This document shows positions 49,844-64,000 of a stretch of 64,000 bases of DNA, piece by piece (positions within the stretch are counted from its first letter, which is position 1; each line of letters begins with the position of its first letter). The translations under genes and the position numbers were made by a program. The notes below the pieces were generated by a model. It made no database searches. It was given only the letters and a program-made list of their open reading frames with translations, and was not told the origin of the DNA. The DNA is from Tubulanus polymorphus. Lineage: Eukaryota; Animalia; Nemertea. The stretch spans positions 1,364,001 to 1,428,000 of the forward strand of contig NC_134036.1 of the NCBI RefSeq assembly GCF_964204645.1, read 5' to 3'.

Positions 49844-52800
49844 ATGTACCGTGAAAGAAACATCTTTCGTTTTCTGCTGTTGTTGATTCTATGTTTATTC
49901 ATCACAAACACATCAGGTGAGTTTATCAATAATCGTTGGTTCCAGAGCTGTAAAAAATGCGGAAATCGTAAATTGTACGATTTCAATCCATAAGAGAGCA
50001 CCGATGATAACCAGAGAAAGAAGAGAATTATTGTTGGAGAACAGCATTTGGAGAATATTTTTGTAAAATAATCTTCTTTTTGTCATTTCAGCGAAATGTT
50101 TTGGGAAGAGTTGTACTGGTTGGGAGTGTCATTGCAGTAATACAGCCGTGGACGAATGTCCAATGATAGGTCAGAATACAGATGGCGCTTTAACGTGTCC
50201 AAATCCTAACACTGCATGTGAGTCTACAATAAAAACTCCGTATCCCTGGACACCACCAGGATGGACCGGACCAGCTTGTCAAATCGGTAAGTTTTCTGTA
50301 TCATCTGTTTCTGCTCCAGTAAACCGGGGTCAGGTCAAATATCACTGAACCTCGGATTTATATCAGATTAACGGATTAACTCCGTAAAAGCCTTTACAAA
50401 AATAAATCTAAAAGAAATACAAATGAATGATGTAAATTTCATTAGATTTATCTCAGATTAACCGAATAACACTAAAACTAATCCGTATACGGATTAACGT
50501 CACTAATCCGTAAGCGGGAATTATTTATTTATTGGTAAAAATATATATTTATGATTGATCCGGGAACTGAGATCAACTCTAATTATTTCATAGCGCAAAG
50601 AAAAAATTGTTACTTTTGTTTGATTTTATTTGAAATCATGAAATAACTTTGAATCAATTTGTTTTTGTTCGTCTTGAAAATTCGTGAAATAATTCAAATC
50701 TCTTATTCACAAAATGTGTTTTGTAGGAAACGTGGCTCGTGGTAAAACAGTTACAGCGTCATCCACTCACCCGGGGTATACTGATTCCGGTAGTAAATGT
50801 ACAGATGGTAGGACGGTAACTTTCTATGATCTATGTCACACTGAAGAGGATCAAAACGCCTGGATAAGAATTGATCTCGGAACTCAATGCGTGGTACAAA
50901 AAGTTACACTTTGGGATAGACCAGATGCGACTGGTTGCACCGATAACCCTGGAGACGAGTGGAGTGAGTACAAATTATTAATGTTGATTGATCATCTAGG
51001 CCAAATCTGATAGAAAAAGAATATATAACTTCAGCTCGAAAAGCCTGGTTGAATATAAACCAAGTTTAGATGAGTGATTTTTTTCAGAAAAGTTTGACCC
51101 GAGAAACTTTGAACTCTACCGAAATATCGAACTCTGAGTCATCAATAATCAATAATCTGTAAATAAAGTCAGTTCGACAACAATGTGTCTGTGGTATCCA
51201 TGGATGACAACTTCGTAAAAAATACGTCATTGGAAAATCTTGAATCAACTTTTTCAACGTGTCAACATTTTCAGTCGATAACAATAAATTTGTGTTAGGG
51301 GCCGTGCGCCTGTCGAAAACAATTAATTTATTTTTATATTTCTTCTTCTAAAGAATTTGAATAGAATTGTTTTGCACCCAAAGCAATCTTCAGCTTCCCG
51401 GATGTCGTGCATTATTATTTGTTTTCATCTTTCAAAGCTTCTTAATTCTTTTTCTAAGAAAAACGTTCGCGCAACCTGGAGATTCGAGTTGGAAATGAAT
51501 ATGGCACCAATACAAGTATTTCTACATCTAACCAGGAATGTGCTTACCAGGGTCCCCCTCTCTGTGGTAGGCATAAAACATTAGCGTGCAGCCCAGGTCC
51601 TATAGTTGGACGATACGTCACCGTTCAACACAAGAACATTAGTAATGCAGAGTATCTCAACCTGGCAGAAATAGAAGTTATCGGGTTCAAATATATCGGT
51701 AAGTTTTACATGACTATATATATGTGTAAACTATAAAGAGTATGGAAATGGATTTTGCTTTTCTCGAAAATATTCAGTGACTTGTATATAGAATTTACCC
51801 CCGAACGAAAAATTTTGAAATGAAAAGAAGTCTCCCTTTATTACCAAAATTTTGTTTTAAGCACCCATTCATTTAAGGATTATATTATTGTTAAAATAAG
51901 ATCGATTTTCATAAAAATATTCAGTGACTTGTAATGGGAATGTATTTCCGAATGTTCAAACAGTTCATATTTTCGTATCAAATTTGAATTTCTGTTTAGC
52001 ACCCGGTGGTTGCAGTAAGGGATCGAACTCATTTGGATGTATGATTGAATGTAGATGTTACAACAATGAAAGTTGTAACTATTTGAGTGGGATCTGTGAA
52101 TCTGGCTGTTCACAGAATTACATCGGAAAGTGGTGCGAGTCAGGTATATTACACTGAATCAGAGATTCCTTAGAATCTCGGTCCCAACTGTAAACGACTG
52201 AAAGTAAAGATCCTTGTTCATCTAAAACTAACATCAATCTATTTTCAGAATTTAAGTTGTTTTCGCTATTAACAGAATCTGCGCTGACAGATAACAGTGT
52301 AAGAGTCGGTTGGACAGCTTACTCGGGTTCTGTAGTAGATTCAGGACGTGGTACTGTCAGCGTTCTGTATCAAGTCGTTTATCGTAAGATATCAGAAAAG
52401 ACTTGGACTAATCAGGAAACTGCAGGAGTCCTTACACATCACACAATTACTGGTTTAACTCCTTATACCAGGTATAAGATAGCTGTTAGACTACAGAAAT
52501 TAGTGAACGGTCAACTTATATCAACTGCGAGTCTGACTAGTATGACTAGTACAGTATTAACTTTGTGTGCAGGTAAAACCCCTGATTCTAATAAACTCTT
52601 AAACTGTAAATGAGTAAAACATGTTGCTGTCGTCATCAAGTAGATGTCAATTCACAGAATCGCATTACTTAATTTGTCTGTGGTGTTTATTTCAGTACCA
52701 GGACCTCCCGCTTCTCTCGACTTCTCATCTACAAGGGATACATTCCAAACAACATTGACATGGACACCACCAAACCGTCCAAATGGTGACATCATTAATT

Positions 52801-55800
52801 ATCGGGTAGGAATTATCTTATTCTGACCAGTAGAGGGCACCACCAGCTCTATACTGTAACATGTCTCCTATCTGTTTTCAGCTCACGTGTGAACCCATCA
52901 GTACAACTTCCACAACACCTTTAACAGACATAAAAACAATCAACAAACCTAAAATCAAAGGCTCCATCACAACTTTAGACATAACGACGTCACTGATACC
53001 TTTTACTCAATACAACTGTTCAATGTTTGCCTCGAATAGTAAAGGGGAAGGGTCACCTGCCAGTGTTAGCTTTTGGTCAGGTGAGTAATTTGAACCCAAT
53101 GACCTCAAGTATTCATTGATGTCACTTGTCAACATTGTCACTTACTGATATTTCAGGTGAAATAACAATTCCCCTACTGGTTGTCAAGAAAGCAGCGATA
53201 ACAAACACGACTGTTACACTTCAAATAACACGTGTTAATACTGGAAACATTACGTAAGTGTCCTCTTATTTTCATCTATAAATAATGCATGATCTTATAA
53301 AACAATTTTTCTCTGATTTTCAGCGGTTACGAGGTGATCGTCAAGAAACATGATGGACCAATCAGCCGTCGCCGGAAGCGTGCAGTCAACCAATCACAGT
53401 ACGTCTCGTACGGAGAAGCTAAACAGCGAGGATTATCAGTTTATATTACTGCAGTTCTACCACCGAAAGTGCCCTCTGAGTTTATAGTTGGTGACACACG
53501 TGACTATTGTGGTTACTTTAATGCTCCTCTAGAAACTGGAAAATCTTACAGTTTTATTTTAGGAATCGTTGTCAATTATAACGGAGTGAGTTCATCTTGT
53601 CTTTGAATGTGAATTGTAGTTTCCAATTTGGAGGTGACTCTAGCCATTTTTTGGGGATTTTTCAGGAAACGTTTCGGCATTATCCACCAATAGAACAGCA
53701 AGAGAGAATCACTGTTCAAGCATCGTCTAGTAAGGCAGGGATAATAGGTGGCGTTGTGACAGTTGTTCTAATACTGTTATTGGTTGCTGTTGCTCTATAT
53801 ATTGTTTGGAGGTATGAGTAAATAGTGGCGACCTCTATAGTCCAAGGCAAATCATTTGACAATCGCCCAATGCCCCTATTCTCACAAAAGTTCCCCCTCA
53901 TTCAGTTACCCACTATATGGACGCTTTAACTTTTCAGACGCGGTGGATTCAAAATTAAACAAGCATCGAACAATGCAGAAATATCCATGGGGAATATTTC
54001 ACCTTCTGATAAACCTATTGAAATACCTTTGGCGAGAGAAGAAGCAGAGGCTGTTTATGTGAATTGTCCTAAATCACCGAGACAAGAAAATACAGCTAGT
54101 GCAAATGCTGCATTTTCAAGAGGTTTGTCTCAAGACCGTGAGGTTTTGTAAAGTTGTAGCCTATTTTAACATTTAACACTATGATTCCTCTCCCTATAGT
54201 AAGCTCCGCGTATTTCAATATCTATGACGATCCGAATGCTGTAGATGAAACGCAAGATGGCGAGGATCATCACTACGAAATCGCTTCTAAAGGCGCTACT
54301 ATGATTTGTGACCTGTTGGGAGAGACCTTGATGAAGACCTCTGATGAGTGGAAGAATATGAATGAAGAATTTCAGGTAAAATTGCTGGGAGGTTGCGACT
54401 GCTCGTGGGTAAGACATGTGATCATGTTCTGGATCTATTTTTTCTTTAGAGTGTTCTCAAATTCAGACGAGGATTGAGCGCCTGCGCTGAGACAGTGGAG
54501 AATCTTGAGAAAAACAGGTTTCCAAACATATTGGCCTGTAAGTATTGCCTGGTCATTATATAGACATGAGTTCTGTCGTAAATACAAGAGTTGCCTTGTG
54601 AAACATCTCTATTGAGTTTCATTGACTTTGAGTGGTTTTTTCTAGATGATTCGACTAGAGTTGTTCTGGAACAAATCGGTGAAGATCCAACATCAGATTA
54701 CATCAATGCCAATTATATTCGGGTGATAAATCAATCCCTCTCTGCTCTTGAAAATGTTGCCACGTCCTCCTATTGTATATAAACGGAAATTCTGAATTTA
54801 ATTTTCAGGGACTAACTGGTCATGTAATATGTATTGCTTGCCAGGGTAAGTCTCATGATTCAATTGTTGCGTGTTACTTGTGCGCTCACTCATCTAACTT
54901 GTTCTTTCAGCTCCATTGCTATCTACAATCAATGACCATTGGCGGATGATCTGGCAAGAGAAATGTCCAGCTATCATTGTACTTACTGTTCTGACTGAAG
55001 GACAAGGCAAAGATAAGAAGGTTGCAAAAATACTCTAAGATGCTGAAGCGTAAACAGGCAAAATTTAGAAAAATAAGTACCGTTGATTTTTAACTTGCAG
55101 GTGAAGTATCATTTATATTGGCCAACAAAACTGAACACGAAAGGTCGATATGGAGATATAACAGTAAAAGTTGCAAAGAAAATGGAAAAACACACTGAGC
55201 CTCCGGCTGCCGTACATTTCTTGTCCATTACAAAGGTAATGATCATGTCATTGCTTTATCATGAGTGACCTAGTGTTGGTATTTCTGCTATCTATAAGCT
55301 TGGTTCAGATATCGATTTTAATAGACTCTCCCGATAAGTAACATTTCATTTATTTTATAGCGTGGCCACAAACAAGCACATAATCTATTAGTGTTTCACT
55401 ATCGAGGATGGCCGGATCATGGTGTACCGTTCCCGGCTTTATCTGTTGTTCGTATGCAACAGTTCATCAAACAGCGTCTTACCGACCCGGATCAGGGACT
55501 TGTGCTGGTTCATGGCAGGTAAATTAATTTGAAATCGTCCAGTCCTTTACAGTTAAGGACACGTTTAGATATGTTATTGTTTGTGTTCTCAGTGCTGGTG
55601 CTGGAAGGACGGGTTGTTATATCGCAACGGAGCAGCTTCTTGAGAAAGCCAAGAAAGATGGACTTGTTAACGTATTCGACATGTTTAGGAAATTACGACA
55701 ACAAAGACCAGAAATGATCCAAAATATGGTAAATCTTAATAAAGTTACTGCCTCTCATTTCACGTTTCCAAAATGGAAAACTTCAACGTGTTCCTTTATT

Positions 55801-57407
55801 ACTATCTACTTCAGAAACAGTACATTCTCGTGCACCAGATTCTACTGGAGGAACTGGTACTGGGACCGGTGGCGTACCCGACCACGAGTTTCAGAGAATC
55901 ATACGAGGAAAGAAAGGCAATGCGTCCTGTATCTAGAAACGTGTCTGATAAAATAGAGGAACAATTTCTTGTACGTATTAAGATCGGCCAAAATGAGATG
56001 AAGGGTTTTGGATAACAAACAGATGGCAGCAATGAATCCATTGACCCAGATAAACTAGATTTCAATTTTTTTTTCCTTGGTTTGGTTTTGAAGAAAATAA
56101 TTACCCAATGCGTTGTTTTCTGATGCAGGTTTTGAAGGCATCAACTCCGATTCAGGACGAGGAATCACTAGCAATGGCCAAACTACTCAACAATGTTAAC
56201 AAGTCCCGATACAAAGACATCCTTCCCGAGGCACAGTATCAACCGCAACTCTCACATAAAGGGTTCATTAATGCTTCATTTGTGCACGTGAGTTTGATTC
56301 TGAATTAATAGCTATCCGTGGAATATCTGGTAGAGGGGGGGGGGGCATTAAGCCTCGATAATCTTCAGTTGAGATATCGATAAGTTATAAGAATCTGATT
56401 GAAATACTTTCCTTTTTACAGACGATCACAGATAAAAACGTGTTTATAGCAACACAAAGTCCAATGGCAAATACTATTACTGACTTTTGGCAAATGATCT
56501 TTGACTATAACTGTGAACTTATTGTGATGATGCATCAAGAATGTCCACAAGATCCGGTAAGGCTACTCCTAGTCTAGCACTGCTTAGTATAGATATCTTC
56601 TAAATGTATGACGGTCTGGTTCGTGGGAATCCTTTTTCAGAATATATCTTATAATTTCAGACATATGCAAACTATTGTCCTGCAGCTGGAAGTATTAAAT
56701 GCAGTCCTTTTACAGTCACTGTTGAGGAGGTATCATTGCCCTTTAAGACCATCGTTCGCCGGAATTTGATCCTCCAAAAACAGAATGTATGTTGAGTTAT
56801 TTCGGTAGCTACTTTTCAGAGAAATATAGCTGCATTTTTCGGAATTTCCTTCGACATTGCTATTTACTATGACCTGATCAGATCAATTTTATTTCTTTGA
56901 TTTCACAGGAATCGCATCAGATTCGTCAGATCCAGTTTTTAGGATGGCCTGAGGATGAGTCGGTTCCTAATTTACAATATCTATTCGAGTTTGTGAATCT
57001 AGTTACAAGAGAACACGTGACCAGTCCTATTGTTGTACATTGCATGTTCGTATCTTAGTAACATCAGTCAATTATTCAAAACAATATCACATATTCTATC
57101 GATTATGCAAATTTTACAGGGACAGCACAACGAGAGCAGGGCTATTTTGTGCGGCATTTGAACTGATCACCAAGGCGCCATCTAGCGAACAAATCGACAT
57201 TTATCACTGTATACAAAAACTACGAATGACTCGACCTCAATTCATTCCAAATTTGGTAAGAAATTAATCGATTTACTTTGTATTTTCACGAGTTATTTTA
57301 TAGATGTATTTTTCTTGTTTTCGTATTCATAGGAACAGTACAAGTTTCTACACGATCTGGTGATATTCTATTTACAAGGATTCGACACTTATGTGAACCT
57401 TAGTTAG
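49844..57407 (+). CDS. F-type lectin/EGF/FN3 receptor protein tyrosine (pseudo)phosphatase, copy 4
   Basis: Lectin exons 50727-50963 and 51459-51698, RRRKR furin site, D1 VHGSAGAGRTG (GGC at 55514-55516), stop at 57405-57407. Confidence 0.88.
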
Positions 57408-60400
57408 AATTATGATTCGAAATGCTGAAGAAAAGCAAACAATCAAAAAAGGGAATCTGACTAAAGGCACCTGAACTGCTACTTTACACCTGGCATTAAC
57501 CGAGTGATGGCGCCACTAGCTGGAACACGAGGCAACGAAATTCACTTACTAGTTTAATCATGTATCTTTTTAAATTGTTTTATTCAAAATATTGCTTGGA
57601 CTCTTGGACATAAAGATTAACGTACTTTTCGTATTGAGGAACCTTAGGTCTACTCCAGAAACTGTCCGGTTTTATTGTGTTTATGTTTACGGTTACTTTT
57701 TTGTTCATGAATTATATTCATATATAATTTATATATCAGCTATCTAATTATGTATCTATAAAACTGAGTGTTGTATTATGTTATAATTTCAATGTAAATA
57801 AAGATATATTCAGATATTTCTCAATAGAAATAGATTTCAATATAAAGATGATTTATGTAATTGTCACTGTTAATTAGATATTCTTAGTTAATCTAAAAAC
57901 TCATATTTGTAATCACCGCGTTCACATCGTGTATCATCCACTTCCTTCCCTCACTGTTATCCACCTATCCACCTAATATACATATACACTAGTAAAAGCG
58001 AAAACTCGTAATTTCTAGTATAAAATAAACATAACTACTGACAGTTAGTTGTTACCTGTTGTCACGTTTATTGATTATACTCACAGTCCTTATATGAATA
58101 TAACTGATTATTTTACTTTCATAATGAACTCGAATATTGTACATAATCTAGAATAAAATATGTAGATTTTACTGATTTGAATTTGATGTTTATTTTTTCA
58201 CTTAATGTTTTTATTTTTGTCTTGTTTAACAAAAGAAAATTCATTTCCGGAAATACATTCGGTGCTTTCTGTTTTATTTTGTTTTGTTCTTGATTCGTTT
58301 TACAAAAGGAAAGTCTTTCATGAACTCATAGATTTACTTTAGAAATAGTTAACCAAAAATACTTCTTTTTCTGATGTTGAACAAAAGACATGATTAGCCA
58401 TTTTTGAAATTTCAACAATATGATTCATATGATAAACATTGGTAATAATGAATTTAGTTTATTAGGAAAGGAGTCTTCTTTTGTGGTTGGATCAACACAA
58501 AATAATCACGGAGATTATAAAGCACGTAATGACTTACGATTCCGGGGGTCAGTTGGTTAGAGTTAATCAGTGGATCTTTGACCAACTTTTGAGCATTTGT
58601 GGCTCATAACATGCTTTAGAATATTGTGGTGATTTTTTGTTGTCAAGTTAAGACATTCTATTCTGATATCGCACTACGTGTATTCACGAAGATTTACAGC
58701 GCGATTTACAAAAACATCACGTATCAAAAACTTCCGAATGAAAATAATTTCTAAACTACATAAAAATCATTCAAATGGTTGTCTGTACTTCATAATGCAA
58801 GGTTTCTCATCTTGTTGACTGTAATAAGAGTAACCAACTGCACACGTTTGACGCCCAATGTTCATTTTCCCATTTAACTTTTTCCAATAATTTTCCAACA
58901 ATTTTCTTCGTAATAGAACATATCTATCTTGAAAAGAGGAAGTTGTCGCAGAGTTTTTCACTGATCGCCGTTCAGACACGTCTTCCTTTGAACGACGAAG
59001 TTTTATTTTCAAACATAAAATACGTAAATCGCAATTTACTTCCTGGTAGACCGGTAGGCGACGCTTTCGCGGATTTCACAGATGCGACGCATACATTCAT
59101 TTAACACCGTGCACCTTTTATATTGTCAGTTATATAATACACTCCTGAATAGGAAGACGTTTTTTTAAACTCATGTGACCGAACGTTCAAGTATTATACA
59201 TCAGAAAGCAGTTTGCTCGTACATTGTAACATCGTTTTGCGGCGTTAAAATCTACTTTCTTAAGGTTTATTTTCGCTCTGCTATTGTTTTTATTAGCGTT
59301 ACGAAGGTCAAGTATCTACATCGCTAAAGGTAAGAAAAACAAATTATATTCTATCATCTTTTCGTGTTTTTATTATGTTTATACAATTCACTATAGTTAG
59401 GCTGATATAGAATATTTATACTCTGTTTCTCCTAATCGGCTGAGCGTCACATTCGTAAAACATGATGAAATTTGTAATCAGTTCATTTCTATAACTGTCG
59501 GGTCTGTTATTGTTAGATTGATCATGATTTAAAACAAAAATAGTCATGTACAGGGTAGATAGACGGTCAATTTATGAGCTCAGTAGAAATTTGAGAAACA
59601 AGGTAACAATTTTTGTAGCCTAAAATGCGAATCTTTGTAGATAGATCTTTATTGAAAGGAGGGGTATAGACCACGGACTTTAAATTAACTTGGGTTAAGC
59701 TCAGCAGAAATGAGAAACAAGGTACGAATTTTTAGCCAGTGTAAATTAAAGCTTATTCGGTTGACCCAGTTTTTTTTTCAATTGTTGAAGTTTCTGAAAA
59801 AGCTTGTCTGGTAGGCTATCATAGAATCGAAGGTACATGTATTCTATCATAGTGATTACATATGGCCAATGGGTTCGTTTTCCCCCGTTAACGATCCTAA
59901 ACTGACCACTAGTAGCCCCTAGACATCACGGTGTTATCATCCATGATATTTGTTTGTATACTATTTCTATTAAAGGCTTTGTGCGGTTACAGTATGTATA
60001 GGAAGGTAAGGATTAATAGTATAATAATAATAATAATAATAATAATAGTATAATATTAATAGTTTTGGAAACACTGGTACGTGCGTTTAGTTAATATAAT
60101 CCTGAAGCCGGGTCGTGCTACAGTGCTACTTTAATTCTACATGCTCATAATCTCGATCGCGGTTTAACTGTTTACAAAACGGACTAGAATATCAAACGTC
60201 TTGTCCACACACAGCGGTACCTGCGATATATTCTAAATCAGTGTTCATCTTCATTACAGAAGTGTTTGCCAATGATGTCGGTGTTGTTGCTAATGACGCA
60301 GTGCACATGAATATATGGTAAATAAAATCTACTAGGTTTTCGCAATGTCGCTTGGGAAATGGCAAACGGTTATCTTAGAATTTCCACTTGTAAATTGGTA

Positions 60401-60514
60401 ATTTTGTGAATTGTTTGTTAATTATTTATAGGACAGCAGCAGAACTGTATAGTTGTGCTGTGTGCGTTGGGCTTTACAAAGCAAATCCATGTCAGTAGCG
60501 ATATCTATTTTCAG

Positions 60515-62728
60515 TTCCACCCGAATTCATTGTGCTGACTGAATTTCCAAACGGTCCAGTTGTCCAAGGCACATCGAAAACTCTGACTCCAGTAACCCAG
60601 AGTTTTCAATTGTCTGGGCGTACAGATATGGGGTATCAACATGGACAAATGTTTCACCCAACCCAGCAATCAATCATAAACCTGGTCCTCACAGTGGTCG
60701 GGTATCTACTAGTAGTTTGGTAGTTACAACCGATAAGGATAAAATGGAAGGCAATACAGATGTACTGCTTATCAGAACGGTGTGTCTTTTCATGTGGTCA
60801 CCAACTCCACGACACTGTCAGTATTGTGTAAGTGACGTCTATAACACCTTAAACAACATAATTTTTCTTTTCTATTTTATCAAACTTTTTTTTTCTATAT
60901 ATAGGTTATATTATATTTCTAAAATATTCTTCTTTCCCGTAAAATGAAAAGTAGATGTTTCATATTCTATAGATTCGGCAGATTCTGTTTCGCTGACTCC
61001 AGTAAACTGTGTCGTAAGGGAAGGCGGTTCAATTCGGTTTAATTGTGCAGGAACTGGTGGAAATCCTGATAGTTTCACTTTCGTATGGCAATTCTCAACT
61101 GCATCGGGTTTCTGGAATCCTAATCGGATCCACGAATGATTATTTAGCCCTAGATAATGTATCAAGAACTGATTCTGGGGCTGGTTGCATAGTCATGGCT
61201 TAGACTTAAGACTAGTCTAAGACCAACTTAGTTCTATAGCCAATCTAACAATTTAAGACCGGTCTTATGATTTAAGACCATTTTTGGACTTAAGTCATGA
61301 CTGTGCAACTGGCCCCAGGACAATACAGATATAATGCGACCAATACAGGAGGTTCTACTTTCAGTAATATCGCTTCTGTCGATGTTCAATGTAAGTAACC
61401 AGCCAATAAAGAGTTTTCCAGTTTCTAGGCACCATTATCCTGTACCCATTTATAAGGACTTTCAGATTATGGATGAATACTGTATTTAGAATGATTCTGA
61501 TAATGTGACCAAAAACTTTTTCATTTTTCACAGATGCACCAACGCTCTCAGAGAAACTGAAACCTGTAGCCGCAAAAATAGGGGAAAGCGTTAGATTTAT
61601 GATAGGCTACTATGCAAATCCGCAAGCGACGAGTTTAAACTGCATCCACGAGTTTATATACAGAACTAATTGGTTCAGGTCAGATATAATGTGCTGGGAA
61701 GTTACTATCGAATCAGTCCAGGCGTCTGATTATGGATCTCATTCGTGTCAACTGAAGAATTCGATCGGTAGCCTGGATATTATTACATTGGATATCCTTA
61801 AAACTGGTAATTACTGTTCCGAATATTCACATCGCTAATATTCCCCATTAATATCCACTTGCGGCTAACTAACGGCTGTGCAATACAAAAACAAAAAATG
61901 GCGAAAGTTTGTGTTTTGTAAGATGCTCAGCTAAATGAAGAAATCCCACACTTCGAATTTAAAATTATACGATAAAATGTATATTATGAAACCACAACGT
62001 TGACTGACAGCCATCATCAGGTGGAATGCTCAGCTATTCGTTGAAACTAATGACCTATCCGCGAACCGATCTTTGCACTTCTACTGATTTAGATATTGAA
62101 ATTTCGCGTTTCAAACTTAATTTCTTCATTCAGTCGATGACAATGCGTGGACCGTCACGTCTTTAGTCCCGCTGATAATTGCTGGAGTGGTTCTTGGTAG
62201 CATTGCGTTCATTCTGATCGTAATATTTCTGCTCGTATATCTGATAAAACAACTCGAAAACAGAGGAAACAAATCACGTCGAATGTAAGTTTTTATGGAA
62301 TCATTTTGTTGTTGTCGTCCCTTTAATTGTTTCGCACCAAATGCCACCTTCTTTTTAAATGACAGAAAACTTATCAATAACAGATCACTAATACATAACT
62401 CATCAATTACAGATTAGTTTGATTTGGTTCGAATCCCATTAGTCCTTCAAACCGACTATTTCGGTACCGTCTATTCAAAAGGTATTTGCTGAACCCAGAA
62501 TTTTGAAGAATTGAAAAAATCGAGTTAAAATCGTCACTCTTTTATTTCAGTAAAACTAAAGATTTAACGACAGGTAAAAATTATTCATATAGAAATATGA
62601 ATTTATTTTCTAGACTTCTAAATATTGAATGTTATTATTTTGACAATTTCATCATTTTTAAACGTATTTTTATTATTACAGTTTATCGAAACAATGACCC
62701 GGATTCACGTATTTATACAAGGAAGTAA
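60515..62728 (+). pseudogene. Decayed Ig-TM gene, spacer 5
   Basis: Homologous exons, with the MITE, the 13-bp deletion and further indels near 61120 and 62255. Confidence 0.78.
61178..61315. mobile_element. 138-bp MITE, same insertion as 4640-4777
   Basis: Same TIRs and same insertion site. Confidence 0.85.
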
Positions 62729-63187
62729 TGATAGGAAAAAATGATCCATGATTTTAATGATTTTAATTGGTGATTAATTAGCTTTGTGGTCACCCTATTC
62801 AGCTGATGCCTGTTTTTTCTGATACGGGGAAAACCAATGGTTTGTCTCATTTTACACGAAAGGGGTGTCATGTCTATCGTGCTAAGGATTTAAGTGGAGT
62901 TAATCCGTTAACACTATGAATTAAACTGTTTTTTTTTCATGTTTTGATAATTTGTTCTTTTTACTTATCAAAGATTTTTTCTTTTATTTATTTTTTTCCT
63001 ACTCGGGTAACGGTGACCCTTGATGTTCTGTTCTGGCCTCCTTCCTAACCTCCCCCTCAGAGCAAAATAAACTAGCAAATCTGAAATTTGTTTAAACTTC
63101 CTTTAAAATGATTTATTTGAAAATCAAAAGGAAGTTAATTGCATAGATATGTGAGCGATATCATATTGCGTCATTCAGATAAACAAA

Positions 63188-63630
63188 ATGTATCGTGAAA
63201 GAAACATCTTTCGTTTTTTGCTGTTGTTGATTCTATGTTTATTCATCACAAACACATCAGGTGAGTTAATCAATAATCGTTGGTTCCAGAGCTGTTGAAA
63301 ACGTAGAAATCGTAAATTGTACGATTTCAATCCATAAGAGAGCACCGATGATAACCAGAGAAAGAAGAGAATTATTGTTGGAGAACAGCATTTGGAGAAT
63401 ATTTTTGTAAAATAATCTTCTTTTTGTCATTTCAGCAAAATGTTTTGGGAAGAGTTGTACTGGTTGGTTGTGTCATTGCAGTAATACAGCTGTGGACCAA
63501 TGTCCAATCAAGGGTCAGAATATAGATGGCGCTTTAACGTGTCCTGATCCTAATACTGCATGTGAGTCTACAATAAAAATTCCATATCCCTGGACACCGC
63601 CAGGATGGACCGGACCAGCTTGTCAAATCG
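63188..63630 (+). CDS. First two exons (63188-63260, 63436-63630) of RPTP copy 5, incomplete at the window edge
   Basis: Signal peptide exon and Cys-rich exon (CTGWLCHC...GWTGPACQI) match the other copies. Confidence 0.85.
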
Positions 63631-64000
63631 GTAAGTTTTCTGTATCAACTGTGGGTCAGGTCAAATATCACTGAACCCCGGATTTTCCCCAGATTAACGG
63701 TTTAACTCAACTAATCCGTCATATGAAGCGGCTTTTATTGAAATGAAAATTTTGAAAAAATAAAAGGGAAAAAAATAAAATGAATCATTTTTTTAGAAAT
63801 CCTACCTAATTCACGTAGATCCAAATGGCGACGTTTTCCGTATTAGGGAGCTTAGTCCGAAAAACGTAAAAATAGGCCCATGATCTGTGATTCTTTTTTA
63901 CTTTAAGAAATATCATTTTTTGAAAATACGAAATATCACCATCTGGATGTCATGAAATTATTTCGTGGCTTAAAGGACGCGAATATAGTTTTTTTAATTT

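Overview
AT-rich, intron-rich animal DNA, probably an invertebrate such as a lophotrochozoan (inferred from domain architecture and repeat types). It contains a head-to-tail tandem array of ~13.4-16 kb units, all on the + strand. Each unit pairs a decayed Ig-domain transmembrane gene with an apparently intact receptor-type protein tyrosine phosphatase (RPTP) gene. The RPTP architecture is signal peptide, Cys-rich EGF-like module, F-type lectin (fucolectin/F5-8C fold) domain, EGF, FN3 repeats, furin-site membrane-proximal domain, TM, Tyr-rich juxtamembrane region, PTP D1, PTP D2. There are four complete copies (ATG at 6657, 22883, 36379, 49844), the 3' end of a more divergent copy (1-180) and the 5' start of another (63188). 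Main signals: (1) the lectin domains are hypervariable in the five loops around a conserved H-x26-R-x-D...R pocket, while scaffold, introns and cytoplasmic parts are nearly identical; (2) the D1 catalytic Cys is Gly (HGSAGAGRTG) in all four complete copies, with WPD and Q-loop kept; (3) copy 1 has an in-frame doubled ectodomain; (4) the copies are sequence mosaics of each other; (5) the spacers carry a minus-strand hammerhead ribozyme motif inside an 11-bp target-site duplication. Together these suggest a diversifying glycan-recognition pseudophosphatase receptor cluster, possibly for immunity or allorecognition (inference). Exon boundaries were read by eye from GT-AG sites and phase continuity. 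Copy 1 was translated exon by exon; the other copies were checked mainly by comparison with it.
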